Below, one piece after another: positions 27,369 through 42,106 of a stretch of DNA of 64,000 bases. The notes beneath the pieces are model-generated. The model was not told where the DNA came from, did no database searches, and saw only the letters and a list, made by a program, of their open reading frames with translations. Location: the NCBI GenBank assembly GCA_044892505.1, contig CM097882.1:283030001-283094000 (forward strand). Direction: 5' to 3'. The stretch's first letter is position 1, and each line of letters opens with the position of its first letter. This DNA comes from Schmidtea nova. Lineage: Eukaryota. The translations under genes and the position numbers were made by a program.

Positions 27369-28789
27369 AATTTTTGACAAGCGCCTGAAATATATAGTAT
27401 GATTAAAAATCATCAATGAATATAAAACTCTTCATTTTGTTAATATCAAGTAATATGTTAAAATAAATGTCGGTAAAATATTAGTACACAGTTATTACAA
27501 ATTCAGGAATCAAGAAATGTCATTGTTGGTTCGAACCAGAAATATTCCCAGCATTACGTCTACTGAAATTTGATCCAGTATGTGTCAACATATTTTCAAG
27601 TGGTAAAATTGTTATTCTTTGAATAAAACTTTGGATTATAAAAATTATGTATTATTAATTAAAATTATTAATTAAATAAATTTCGTTTGTATTAATTGTT
27701 ATTCATTGATTATGAAAATTTAAAAAATCTAAAAGTAAGAGTATTTTTATTTTAATTTTTATAATAATTTATTCTTTAGTTTATTTGTTAGAAGTAGTTC
27801 TCAAATAAATTCAAAAACTATACACGAAGATTATAAGTAATCTCGATTATTGTGCCCCCGAGTTGTTGGTACAAAATTTATACCATTACACGGGGATCAA
27901 TATCGAAGAGTTGCTCGAAATGCATTATGATATGGTGTTTGGGAGTGAAATCAAGTGTGTTGACAATTGCGTTGTATGTAAAGATTCAATGCGAATTTCA
28001 TGTACCAATGGATGCACTTGTTGTCATGACTTTAAAAGACAACAATCAGTACATATTTTGGCTACCAAAATTCGAAAGGCATACTATGATGAACTTTACA
28101 ATACAAAGAAATTGCTGAAGATTTATTTAAATAAAGATATAAAGAAATACTTTGTGCTTTTTGTTGTTTTTATAGTTTTTATGATTTTTTTATTGTTGAC
28201 GGTTAAAATATGAGTATTTTGATGTAAAGGTTTTTCGTGTAAGTTTGATCGCAGAAGACCAATTTTTCATGTTTTTACCCTTTTTTGTTCACCATTATAT
28301 TCTAGTAGATTGGTATAAATATTATTGAATTCTGAGCATTTTTTGATTTTTTGAAATTGTGGGAGTTGACCGTTTTTACATGTAAATTGACCGCTAACTT
28401 TAACATATCAATGTTTTTGTTGAAAAAATTAATTTATTTTTAGGTTTTGAAAAAAATTAATAATGTTATAATTTTTGATAATATTAGAAAAATAAAATTA
28501 AAATAATAAATTGTTCAGAATTGCATAATCAATCACGCAATGTTTAAGGTATTATGTAATGTGTCAGTGTTGTGTAATCGTTTACATAATACATAAAGTA
28601 CAGTGTAATAAAATGCTAAACATGTAAAATATTATGTAATATTCATAATATTACGTAATGGATGTATAACGATTACATAAGATTTACAACATTACAACAT
28701 TACAACATTATTATGTTGTGATTACGTAAGACATGTGAAAATTACGTACCACCGTGAAATTTACCCCGAGTCACTGTATAAATATTTCG

Positions 28790-28825
<36 letters not shown>

Positions 28826-30875
28826 CTTAGGATTAAATGACTTGTGCTAGACCACTCACTTTCTCCTACTTATTATGTCGTAGAAAAGGAGATAGAAAAA
28901 ACATAATCACACACAAACACAAAACATAGAAAGAAACAGGTGTAAACTTTCAAATGCGTTAACCATTTCATTCAGTAGTCTCACATAAAATTTTAATCAT
29001 CAGAAATATTGAAAATTAAATGGCCGATAAAATTTCTTTAAATGAATCTGAGGAATTAATCTTGAGTTTTCATGAAAATTATGAAATATCATCGTAAGTA
29101 ATTTAATTTAAGTTATAATAAATATTTATTTTCACAGAATTCAAGAAAATTCATTCTAACCCATTCCATTTTGTGAAGATGAATTTGGAGTACGGTCTCA
29201 CTTGTTTTTATTTATTAGAATATTTACTATGTTCTTAGCCTTTCAGATATTCCAACTCGACCAACTACACTACGTTCAATACCCGAACAAATGTTCGAAA
29301 ATCGTAAGTTGAAATAATATATGTTTAAAAAGTTATTAGAATATTATATGATTTCAGATATTGAAAAAAGAGGAATATATGCTAAGGAAAATAAATAAGA
29401 CTAATTTCATTTGGGAAGTTTACTTGGGCTTTCAAAAAATTCGATAAGAAAAATATTTTATAAATATGAAATATATGGCCAATACAAGTGGATAATACAC
29501 ACTTGATAAACGCTGTGCCGAAATATTGTGTACTTATTTAAAGAAATTTTGATCTATAGTCTTACCATTATGGGAAATATTGATAATAACATTACATTTT
29601 TATATATAAATTTTATTTTTATTATAATTTTTATATCTATACTGTAGTAAATAGAGAAATAATTACCAACAATAATGAAAGTTTATTGAAATAAAATTGT
29701 TTCTGTGCTATGATTTGCTTGTTCTGCTTTGACTCCATCTTCATATGCGTTATATCTATCACGAAGATGGTTCTGTTGTGGTTCTATCGCCTCCTAGGGT
29801 GCGACAGTTAATGTCTAAGATTGAATTAGACTGCAGCTGGGTAGAAGAAGAGACTAAAGAACCAATGTACGACACGTAGAATGACGTCTTGTCACTGCGA
29901 AGCGATGTGGCAATGTCGGTGTGTAGATCGGAGGTAACGGCGATTTCCCGTATTCTGTTATTAAAACGAGTGAGAATATAGGCTGGTAGAATCGGCCTGA
30001 TGAAATGAAAGTAAATTGTGGTTGAATAGTATGATGTTGAGGCAAGCACACTCCGAGATTGTGAATAATGCTTCTGTCAAAGACTTGTTGCGGCGGTTGA
30101 TGAATCTGATTGACCATATTATGCTGATTGGATACGGGAAGTTGCATTAGAACATCAGAATTTATTGAATAGGCTTCGTGAGCTACTGAACTGAGAATAG
30201 GATCGTGAATATATTGAAGATTTGTTAGGCTAGGTTGTGCTATTAGCTGTTGCTGGCATGTAGAATATGAAACAGATCCAAGAGGCAACGTAACTGTGAA
30301 TTGTGCAATTGTTGAGGGTAAACTATTCTTAGAAATTTTCTGTGAAGGCATAACATTCGTTTGATGAGATGACGAGAAATGTTCATGATAATTTGAATAG
30401 AAATTTACATTTTGTTCCGTTGATGATTTGTGAGAAAAATTTCAAGCCGTTTTAAAAGAAGTACAGGAAGATATCTTTTTAATAAATGTTTTATTTTATC
30501 TTATTAACTTTTGTTTTAGGGGTATCGGCAACGAAAGTTGCAACCCCGATATATGCATATTTTAATTTAATATATACATATATTATACATATATTATACA
30601 TTATTTAATTAATATATATAAATACATATATAGATATATGACGGAGGCACTACAATACTATAAAGTTCAATATTTTACTTTAAAGTAATTACATTATATA
30701 AAACAATTATTTATTTATTTGAGATAATTATTTATTTAACTGAGAAACCCTGTATAAATTATTAAAAAGTTTATTTCCGGTTTTATATTCTACATAATAT
30801 ATTGAAAAAGGAAAAACAAATGCGCTGTGCATATAAAAATGAATATATATTATTAAAAAATAGAAAAAAAAATTT

Positions 30876-31697
30876 TTATTTATCTTGCATAAATAAAATA
30901 TTTTGAAGATCTTTTACTTTTAACATTAAAAGCAGAAAACGTTCACTGTCGGTATATTCTTTACATATAATCAGTTTTTCATAGAGCTCTTGAGCTTCTT
31001 TACTTGATTTATCTTCGATTAGATTGAAAGCGCTTATAATTGCTTCATTTAAGTCAATATGGTACCTAAATAACCTATAAAACACTTCATATTCATGAGA
31101 ACAAATAGGACGTAAATGGCCTTCATATTTCAAAATATCATAGTAACTTTTAAAATTTGAAAGATGTTCATCTGTAAGTTCTTCGGACTCTGATCCTGAT
31201 GTGTAAATTGATTCCATATCGGAGTCTTCGTCGCTTATATCTATGCCCATTTCATTTGGATCGTCTTTATTATCACCGTCAGTGGACAAACTCAAACATA
31301 AAATGTTGTCCGTTTTATATTGTAAGCAAGTGGGATCATCTAAGATGTCAAGATATTCCCAATTTTTAATTTTTTCATTTCTTTCATCTTCCGAGTCAAA
31401 AAATATTTTTAATATGTCTGTAGCATGTTTTTCCAGTAGTTCTTTTCTGTTTCTTTCATAGTGTTTTACTTGTAATTTTTCAGAACTATTAAGTTTACAT
31501 GCAAAATTAATATTTATTGGTTTATCAAGTAAATATTTAGTATTGGTTGATATAATATTTTCATTTGAAAAATATTTGTTCATTTTTTTATCTTTTTTAT
31601 TATTTTTAATTTTTATAAGACTTTGATAAAATTCATTACTGGAATTAATATTATTACATTTGTTTTTTTCAGTGTTTCTGGTATTGATTGTATCCAT
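30876..31697 (-). CDS. Intronless 273-aa ORF of unknown function (Asn/Lys-rich N-terminus, acidic middle, helical C-terminus)
   Basis: Long intact ATG-to-stop ORF in DNA of very high AT content, where such lengths are unlikely by chance; no family recognised. Confidence 0.5.
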   Translation of the reverse strand: MDTINTRNTEKNKCNNINSSNEFYQSLIKIKNNKKDKKMNKYFSNENIISTNTKYLLDKPININFACKLNSSEKLQVKHYERNRKELLEKHATDILKIFFDSEDERNEKIKNWEYLDILDDPTCLQYKTDNILCLSLSTDGDNKDDPNEMGIDISDEDSDMESIYTSGSESEELTDEHLSNFKSYYDILKYEGHLRPICSHEYEVFYRLFRYHIDLNEAIISAFNLIEDKSSKEAQELYEKLIICKEYTDSERFLLLMLKVKDLQNILFMQDK

Positions 31698-32150
31698 AAA
31701 ATAATAATTTAAGACAACAAAATTTAAAGGAATAAAATATATATTTATTTACAATTATTTAAACAAATAAAATATTATGACAACTTATTATCTAAATTAT
31801 TTTTTAAAATATTATTCATATCTATCTTAAAACGATACACTAACTTAAATACGCTAACAAATATTTTATTAAAAATAATTTCTTTAAAATTTTATAAATT
31901 CAGATTAAATTTAAATTTTTTAATATTTTAAATAAATTTTTAAAATAATTTAATTAAAAAAAATATTTAATTTTAAATGTCATTGTCTTACAACTTTGCT
32001 TTCTTTTTTTTCAAAATTCAAAACAATTCTATATATTATTATTATAAATAATTTCCATAATGGATGACTATAGATCAAAATTTCTTTAAATAAGTACACA
32101 ATATTTCGGTACAGCCTTTATCAAGTGTGGAAACAAAAAGATAATTACGA

Positions 32151-32235
<85 letters not shown>

Positions 32236-34381
32236 AATTTTTTTAGTTAAAAAATATTTAACAATATTTATATTTTTTATTTTTAAAAAAATTTAAAAAA
32301 TATAATTAGAAATTTTTTTTAAGATTTATAAAGTTTTAAAAAGAAAAATTTTTTAAATATTATCATATTTTCACCAACGCTATTAAGTTTCCTAAAAATT
32401 TAATATACCTGCATTTTTTGCAATTATTGTCGTTGATTTTTTCTTAATTAACTTTCTTGTTTAATTTACAATTAGCTTTATTATTTTTCCATTCAATATT
32501 CTTGCTCTCATTTCTAATTGCTTTTTTAAATTCCTTCACTAATTTTTCTCTCTTTTACTACAGAAAATTAGTCCGTTATGTGCACAAGAGCTCAGAAATG
32601 TTTTGGTCCTACATATACTGAAGTGTGCTACCGCCATTTAGTAAAGGGATTTTTAAAAGAGGTGTATAATTTAGAGAAATAAGTAAATATTGTCTCACTG
32701 GAGACAGTCAACGATTGATTAATTTTGAAATTAATTTATTACCAAGTATATTGTGCAGAATATTTATTTGGATAGGCGTCTGTTGTTAATTATTCTAGTG
32801 CCATGTTTTCTGTGTTATGTATTGAATAAAAATTAATAATTAACTATGGTCAATCCAAATAAATAATATTTGGGTTTAAAAAGATCTTTTAGATTTTATT
32901 GTAATTTTATCATTTTTTTGTTTTGTCGACTCATGTTTTATTTTCAACTTGTTATCATTACAAAATAGTTTTGATCAGTTTGTTATTTGCTGTTAAGATG
33001 ATCGAACTTTAAACATATACTGTTGTGTATAATTTTAACACATATCAAACGCCATTTGATAAGGCATTACATATGTGTTATCGGATGCCACGATTAGTCT
33101 TTTAAGAATCTTAACCGTTTTCTGAGAATCATCCAAGAAAATTCAGCATTGGCACATGTTAATATAATCCGGACTTGGAAGTGTCATATACAATTGAACT
33201 AGCTTTTGAATAATTAGATTTTTAAATTATTTATTTTCAACTAATGTCATTGATTCTGTAAATTCACATTGAAGCATCTCTTCTTTGTCTTGTAACATCT
33301 GGATGTCCCTTACAAACCTGTTCAATCTATGATTTTGTAGTCTAATACCTAACGTTTGTTTATGTTGTTGATGTTTGTAGTGGTCTAAAAATTGATGATT
33401 ATCTATGAAGCGATTGTACCTCACGACACAATAAAATACAAAGCCAACAAACAATGACTGATGTGCTTTGGTTTCGGAAGGTTTCAGCGCATCAAGTTTG
33501 GTGGTCTCTCAACAAAAACCCAAGCTTTAAAACTCGTATCCAATTTGAACGCAGATAAATCGTTATTTTGTTTTAATTATTTAGTTTTTTGAGCTTTTGA
33601 AATCTGCTGCAATCGCTATTTTCTCACCATCAATTTATATCGTTCTCTATATACAGTTCTGGCATTAATTGGTTCGTTCTCATCTTGGTGAAGAAGCATT
33701 ATTTGCAACAATGTACATTGTTTGGATCGACTCATGTGACACTGCTAATGATAGGCACTTCTTCGCATTTGATGATTGACAATTTATTCAATGTATTTTC
33801 AATGACAGTTGCTAGAAATTTATGTAATGATATTATGACAAATATGGTTGGGTTTTTCGTCGGAAGTAGTCCGCTAATTATATTTTATTCATTGGGTTTT
33901 GTTTATATTTTCTCTCAAGCCTTGATCAACTGGCCAGAATTTTATTCTCTACAAGATGGCCAACTTGAAAATTCAAAATCTTTGGTGTTTTGCGCGCCGC
34001 ACACGTGTTTGTTGATATTGATTGGTTTACTTTGATGAAGTAATAAAGATAATGAGTTTTCACATTAACAGTGTATATGTAGAATTTAATTTCTTATAAA
34101 ATGACCTAAATAAAAATATAAAATTAGTCATTTTCGTGTTGCACACATTTTTTATTGTTACTTTTGTAATTTTGAACAATTTAAAATAATTTTATAGAGT
34201 TTTCATTTTATGTATAAATTTTCCACTAAATTGTTTGATTAGAAAATAAAAAGTTATCGTTTTACTGTTACACACTGGTTTTGTTGTAAATAATGTTAAT
34301 ACTTCTAAATCTGCAGATTCACAGTAATAAATTATTTTATTTAATTTTCCCCTATCAGTTACACATATAAATTATTTATAT

Positions 34382-35870
34382 CTATATAAAGAAGCTCAGT
34401 GTCGTCGGAGTGTTTATTACCAAGTGGTAATCCACCACGGATCCCCCTTTGAAAAAGTTATACATCTCCATATCTTGAAGCAATTCGATTGGAGATTTCA
34501 AAGTCATCAAAGTGGAATTCCATGACATGCCTGGAATTCCCAAGAAATTAAGAGGCTCAAGTTGGTTATGTGGAATGTACTTTACCCTAAATTGCTGAAA
34601 AAAGTCGGCAAGTAAGAAAACATCCAATTTCAGGTATGGCATCATATAATAAAACAATGTTTCACAATTAAATTCATCCCATATATGTTGAGCTTTTTCA
34701 TACTCGTCGATATTAACTCCCTCCCAAATCGGTGGCAACTCGTATGTATTTTGTAAAACCTCGAAGGAAGTTGCAAAATTATATGTGAATATGCCTTTGG
34801 AAGTAATAATAGTCTGTATAAATTCAGATGAAGTAAGAGGAAAATCTGTCTTTACAGCATCGTTTAAGCTGCAGCTTACAAATTGGCAAGAATCGAGAAA
34901 TTTAATAGTTAAACTATTGACTCTTGCATATAAAGTCAAAAACTTTTCATTTGTAGTAGAAATACAACTTATATTCCAATTTGGAAATTTATTTAAACCA
35001 TACTTGAGGATATGATGTAAATCATATCCACGAGAATTATGAAATGTTACTGGCATGATTAATCTTATTTGCCGAGGAAAATTGCCTTTAAGAGCAAGCC
35101 ACGCCCAAGTATTTACCTGTATAATGGTCATGATCTTTAACCGGATTTTTCAAAGGTTTATTACACAAATAACAAATTGTAGAACGAAATGATCTTATTT
35201 GTGCAGGGGAAAAATATTCCATTTTCCTTTTGGAATTATTTATAAAGTAAGGTAAAACTACTTTTTCTCCTATATCATTGATTTCAGTCAAAAACTCTTC
35301 TACAAAATTAAGACCATAAAAGCTTTTATACGATTTTTCTCCGATTAAGTTATTAATAAGCAACAACTTAGCAGAAATAGGCAAGTAAAGTTGAAAATAC
35401 TTATCTTCCTTGGGTAAAACAGCCTCAAAATTGGCATATACGACGAAAGGAGGGGTAAAAATCTTTTACCAATCTTTAAATTTCAATTTCTTATCTGAAG
35501 GTAGTGTATAAAGTTGTACCTAACTGGTTTTTGTACATAAAGCCTGATGTTTCTCAAAAGCTTCAGTCAATCTAAATCCATTTAAGAAACACTCGCACAA
35601 AATGCTCTAAATTATAACATTAGAAAGAGTTTGGCAATTCAAGAGCCTGTCAAGATTGGTAACTCCTATATAATGAAAAGAGTCACTTTCCTCTAACAAA
35701 ATCAAATTAATTGGAGTGCCACCTACAACCTTTGACCTATGAATAATATCTACGAATGGATGTTTCATGACTTCATTCTCCTCATTAATATTATTTAGAT
35801 CATACTCGTCATATGAAAGGACAATAATAGCTACCAAGGGTTTTTCGCTTCAAATTTGGATACATTACAT
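34382..35870 (-). pseudogene. N-terminal/exonuclease part of a Polinton-type polB with an endonuclease VII-like domain
   Basis: NLILL..HYIGVTNLDRLL, FVVYANFE, ICYLCNKPLKNPVKDHDHYTGKYLGVAC, FHNSRGYDLHHI, KFLDSCQF, YLKLDVFLLADFFQQFR, DMEMYNFFKGG; frameshifted and truncated. Confidence 0.85.
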
Positions 35871-38054
35871 AATTTCATTGGAAGATCAGAAGGATCCAAA
35901 ACAAGGTCTAAGGAATTTTAATTAGATGCTTTTTTTCTGTTTCGATGATTGTTATCTACGTTATCGTATTTTAAAATAGCCAAAATGCTATATATAAAAC
36001 ATAAGATCAGTATTTTTTACATCGACAGTTAAATATAATATTTATATAAAATAATTTTAATTAAAATTATATAAAACTTATTACAAAATGAATTTAATGA
36101 TGGTGGGTTGAACAAGAACCGTAACCACTCAATATACTTATTTGTGAATACTTTGTAAGTTTAAAGCTTATTTCTTTAATTTTATTAATTTTTTTTTAAT
36201 TAAATTACTAATTAATTAAATTTTTAATTAAATTACTTTGTTTTAATTAATTACTAATTGCTGTTATTTTCGCAGACTTTAGTCATTTTTTCGCTTAATA
36301 GAGCAATACATTCATCTATAAAGGTATCACTCATGGGTTTTGCAGAATTTGATATTATAAAAGATTGGAATTGTCTACCATTTTCAAATTATACATCAAT
36401 GCAAAATTGTACTTTTACATATCCTATTTTGGAAATAATTGAATTAAATTTATTTAATAAAGCGAAGGGATAATTAATTTATTTAAATATAAAGAATTCA
36501 CATCCATTTTTACAATGGCATGCGATTTTTTAAAATTATATTTAACCAGGTTCAACAGAACCGCCATATTGGACAACATTTAAATTAGGAATAACTAAAA
36601 CATCGTCATTTGATGAATGAACATCTTCATCAACGGAAATTATAATTACTTTTGCTGGTTTAGGACAAGCGCTAACAGTTCGTCGTTTATTTTTATTAAT
36701 TAATGCAAAAAGATTTTTCTTAGTACATGAGAATTGATTTAAATGGAAATAATGTTAAAAATAAAAATCAATATATGTTATATTTTGGGTGCTCTTACAA
36801 ATGGGTCATAAAAAGAAGATGACTTGGTTAATTATAAAACGATATTATTGTTCCATTAATTTGTGGCAGTCGTTATGATTTGATGAATTACAATAATTCG
36901 GATAAAAATTACCTTAAATATGAAATATTTTTAAATTTATCCGAAAATCATTAAAATATAAAAATAAATTAATAAAAAATTAGAATTAACAGAAAATCAA
37001 TATGAAATTTAGAATAATTATTAGTTAAATATAATATTTATATAAAATAATTTTAATTAAAATTATATAAAACTTATTACAAAATGATAATAAATTAATT
37101 TGTTTAAATTAATTTTTTAAGAAAAGTAAAAATTATTTAAATTATTACAAAATATTATCAAAATTACATATTTACAAATATTATACTAAAATAATTTACT
37201 AAACTAATCAAATTAATTAAAATTAATCAATACTTACATTGAATGTTTATTGATTCATTAGGTATGATTCCATCAATCATAATATTTTTGTCACTAACAA
37301 TCTTTATTTGGACGTGATTTTGATCATTCATATTTGCATTACCTAAATTAAAAATTAAATAATATACTAAATTAAAACTTAAATACCATTTTCTTCCACA
37401 TTTTCTAAAATCGATTTCCCAATTGAATAATTGATATTACCTAAATTAAAACTAATTGATAATAAATTAAAAAATAAATTTATCATTTTCTTTGTCACTT
37501 GGTTTTTCGTTCATAAAACTAGTTGTTCTAGCTTTCATTTTAAGTTTTCTGTATTTGTTAAAGTGAATAATGAATAAAAGATTATTATTTATATATCAAA
37601 GTTATTACACACACATAACTTTTGGCCAATCAAAATCGAGTAAAGTGTAGGAAATTTATTCTTATCAGAGAATCAGAATCGAGTAAAGGGTAGAAAATTT
37701 ATTATTATCAGCAAATAAAATTCAAGAAATGGTTAAAAAATTATGACTTAACATTTATTGCGTCGCAGTATTTTAAAAAACTAAATAATTTTTTAAAAAC
37801 CGATTTGACGCTATAATTTAGTTAAAATCATATTATTTCACCAAATTATAATTTACATCAAAGTTATAAAATAATTCAATAAATTCCATATACGTCATAT
37901 TATTACAATAAATTTGATTAAATATTTGAATGAATTACATCTAAATTACATTACAGTAATTACGTCAGTTATAAAAATTATTGTAATAATTTTTGATAAA
38001 ATATATTAGAATTGTCAATAACAAACATACACATAAAACATATATATATATATA

Positions 38055-40406
38055 CAGTTGAACTTCCCTAAGTCGAATAACCATAGTTCACTGAAAAAAA
38101 TTCGAGTTATAGAAATAATAACTCCAAAATGTGTAGAGTAGACGTTAAACAATCTTTTGACAGTAAATATGTACATATTATGAGTATCTATAAACAAAAA
38201 AATAACATTACATTATTATTTATTGTTTTATAAAACATTATTTTTTTAAAAAGTCAGTAATTTTTGTTAAACAATTCTTTATCCATAAAGTTCTCTAAAG
38301 TTGATAACGCGCGATACACTTCGTCTGTAAGATTCGTTTTTGAACACAAATATTCACTACACTTACTTAAAAAATTACGCATTTCTTTGTTTGTAGGTAG
38401 AATCGGCACTGGAAAGGTATTTTGGATGCTCGAAAAGACATTGACATTGTCATCTTTATCTTCTCTTCGTGATTTTTAATCATGTTTAAAATATCGAAAT
38501 CTGTTGGATAGTCCGCTCTAACCACGTCTTCATCTACAGACAAAAAATCACCAAGAGACACTGTATAGCCGAAATTTTGTTGATTATAAATGTCAAACAC
38601 AGATCTCAATTCTGACAGAGGCATATCATCTTCTTCACTACAATTGCTTTCGCCGTGTTTTTTGAAGCCAGCCTTTGTGAAACAATTTTTTATGGTTGCT
38701 TGCTGTAGATCGGTGTTCCACGCTTTCGACAAGTTTGTTATAGCATCCCATAAAGTAATATTTCCCGCTTGATTGTCTTCTTCTAAGGCAATTAAAGTTT
38801 TTCTCGTAATTCTTGTTCTATAGTGCAATTTCATATTGTTGATAATTCCTTGGTCCATAGGTTGTAATTTTGCGTCATGTTTGGTGGGAGAAAAACTACA
38901 CGAATCGAATTAAACTGCTTAGTAATTTTTGGATGTGTCGGACAGTTATCCACAAACAGCAAGATTTTACGTTTTTCGGCATTAAATTTCTTGTCTAAAC
39001 TAGAAAGCCATTCTTCATAAACTGCGCTTGTCATCCAAGCCTTTTTGTTGCTTCTGTATATCACTGGTAAAAAACGTTTTCCTTTGAAGCAACGCGGACT
39101 TTGGGATTTTCCAATGACCAACAGTTTTTTTATTTCGATACCACACATATTGGCTCCTACCATGACGGTGATTCTTTATTTGATGTGCTTTCCGCCGAAG
39201 CACTTTTCGTCTTTAAAGGTTAACGTTTTATCAGGCAAACATTTAAAAAATAAGCCCATCTCGTCAACGTTAAAAATGTCTTTTTCATGATAAGATGCTA
39301 TATTTTCCGGTAAAATATTGTTGCGCCACTCTTCACAATTATGTTCATTAACATCTGCACTTTCACCACACAGAACCTTTTGAATAATATTATGCCTCTT
39401 CTTAAACTTATCTAACCAACCTACACTGGCGACGAAATTTGTGTGTCCCAGACTCTCAGCAAAATAAAGTGCCTTTTCCCTAATAAGTAGGCCAGACATT
39501 GGTACATTCTTATCCCGAGCCATTTTAAACCATTCCAAAGTAACTTTGTCAATATCTTCGTAGGCACAGTTTTGAAACATTTGCGATCAGTAGTAACACC
39601 ATTTTCGGCCTTCTTCATAACTTCTTCGCGGTTTTTTATAATTGAAGAAAGTGTATTTGGAGGAATCCCAAAGTCTTCAGCAATCACATTTTTCTTTTTA
39701 ATGCCTTTATCAACTTCACTTATCAACCTCACTTTGTCAGATAACTACATCGTATTTAGTTTTTTTTTCTGGCCACTCATATTCGCAATTGTTACGGCAG
39801 AAGAAAGAATGTGTTTAAACTTACAAATTTGATTGATTTATAACTCTTTTACTATAAAAAATTAATATCTATATAAATCTCCCAGAAGCTATAATGCTAT
39901 TATCAGCAATTATATTCATACAGTAGCATATTAGAAAAACGAATGGATTTAATTTTATAAATTTTTTACCTAATAACCAGTTCGTCTATTATTTGTTTAT
40001 TTGTATGCAGAAAAAAAATTTCTGTGAAATTATATTATTTTTAATGCGATTACCTATTATACTTACAGATACATATTTGCTAATAGCTCTCGGTATTACA
40101 GCCAATAAATACTTTACAATCTTTTTATGTCAGCAATATTTGGAGAGATTCGTTACAATAAAAAGAAATATACATTTTGGGAAGTACGCAGTAAAAATAA
40201 TTCGAGATATAGCAATTATTTTATATGTAAATTTGACCAAATTGACAAATTTTAACTTCGAGTTATGGGAAAATTCGAGCTATGGAAATTTGAGTTATGG
40301 AGCCTAATTCAAATGGAAAATGCTATCTAAACGTATGAATTTTTTAAAAAATTCGAGTTATATTAATATTCGAGATATATAAGTTCGAGTTATTGAAGTT
40401 CAACTG
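38055..40406 (-). mobile_element. Tigger/pogo DNA transposon, apparently full length, with a disrupted transposase (about 38367-39780)
   Basis: TIRs begin CAGTTGAACTTC at both ends with flanking TA. The transposase has CENP-B HTH, SVGWLDKFKKRH, FNVDEMGLF, NKKAWMT, LFVDNCPTH, FLPPN and MDQGII, split by frameshifts and a stop. Confidence 0.93.
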
Positions 40407-40509
40407 TATATATATATATATTGAGTATGCAATAGAAAACTAAATTCTATCTATACATGAACACAATAAATATTCAATAAATCTATGCTAAATAGCCGAA
40501 AAATTCAAT

Positions 40510-41285
40510 ATTTTAATATAAAAGTTTTAATCAAACCATTTTGTAAATACATACATTTATCTTTACTTATTGACTATTAAAACTCAATACAATTATTTTA
40601 AATAGGTTAAATATACAAATTTGATTACAAAACACGTGTGTAATAAAAGTACATCAACATACTAAATTTTCAATCAAACCATTTTGTAATAAATTTTATA
40701 CATACAATATTATAATGAAAACTTAAAGTAATTTTAGTTAGATGAAAAATGGAAAATTAATTACAAAACATGTTTGAAACACGAAAAGCGGGAACTTTTA
40801 AATTTCTAATCAAGCTATTTTATACTAATTTTATATATACTAAAATGAAAACTCACTAAAATTACTTTTTATAGTTTAAAAATGCAAAGATTAATAACAA
40901 AACACGTGTGCATCACAAACTAGGATAATTTTCAAATTTCTAATCAAGCCATTTTGTAGGAAATAAAATTTTATCGCTACATTATTACAATTTAAACTCA
41001 TTAAAATTAATTTATATATATGTGAAAAATGCAAATTTAAGTGCAAAACAAGTGCATATTAAAAACACACCAACACACTAAATTTTCAATCAAGCCATTT
41101 TGAACATTTAAATTTTATACATACAATGTTACAATGAAAACACAACAAAATTATTTTATATAGGTTAAATATAAAAATGAATAACAAAGCACGTGTGCAC
41201 AACACAACCACAACAGTTTAAATTTTGAATAAAGTCATCTTGTAGAGAATTAAATTCTGTCTATACATTGTTACACTTAAAACCT
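40510..41285. repeat. Diverged tandem array of about 140-bp units (about 6 copies)
   Basis: aatcaa(a/g)ccattttgt recurs at about 40529, 40672, 40808, 40942, 41088 and 41228, with acaaaacacgtgtg at the same phase. Confidence 0.75.
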
Positions 41286-41390
41286 GATCAGACCAGAATA
41301 AAGTGCCTAAAACCTCGTTAGAAAAAACAGGAGAGAAGGTATATGTGTGGAGTCAAACACAAAGACATGCGTGGGCGTAAAATTTTAAAC

Positions 41391-41612
41391 AAAGACATAC
41401 CCTCTCTCCCTCCCCCCGGGGTAGAAATATTTTCTTTATGACTCATCGCGATGACTCATTTTAAATTTGAATTTTAAATTTGAATTTTCCAAGGTCAGAT
41501 AAGGTCAAACCTTCAAATAAGGGTACCATTTGAAAGTTCTTTGAGAGATCTTTTCAAAAATCATACCCTCGAAGGTTTATGGAGGGTCACAACCTTCAAG
41601 GGGTCAAAAAAC
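41391..41612 (+). repeat. Terminal-like sequence with an inverted partner at 61750-61992
   Basis: aaagacataccc..atgactcatcg..atgactcatttt..aaggtcagat..ccctcgaaggtttatggaggg is a diverged reverse complement of 61750-61992. Confidence 0.75.
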
Positions 41613-42106
41613 CTTTAATTTTTTCAAAATCAATAACAATTTAAGTTGCAAGGAAACTATATGGATCAACAACCGAAAAACCCGTTTCCATGATGCTTTC
41701 CAATCTATTGAATGCAAGGATCAAGAAAATTGGTTTATTACCATAATCATTAAGTGAAATAAAATCGATACAAAATATGTTATAACTCCAATTTGGAGAA
41801 TTGACAGTGCACGATTTGTGTAAATGTTATTCAATAAATTTTACTATTATCAATTTTATCTTTTTATATCAATCCTTATTTTCAAATTAAGAACGTTAAT
41901 TGTGAATCAAAGCCAATTCTAAAATCAGGAATTCAAATATCTGACGTATGTCAACAATCAAATGCTTCTTTTGATGATTTCAAGTTAATCAGTGATATCT
42001 TTGACATTATGACAAACGAATTGCTTACTGGTGAAATAAAATGATTAACCGAAATGTTTGATGACACAATAAAATGTTTAAATGAGGTCTTGGATCAGTT
42101 AAAACA

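Noticed and set aside
32560-34060. Coding-like degenerate sequence, considered as a Polinton capsid or ATPase
   Set aside because: Many stops in all frames and no recognisable motif.
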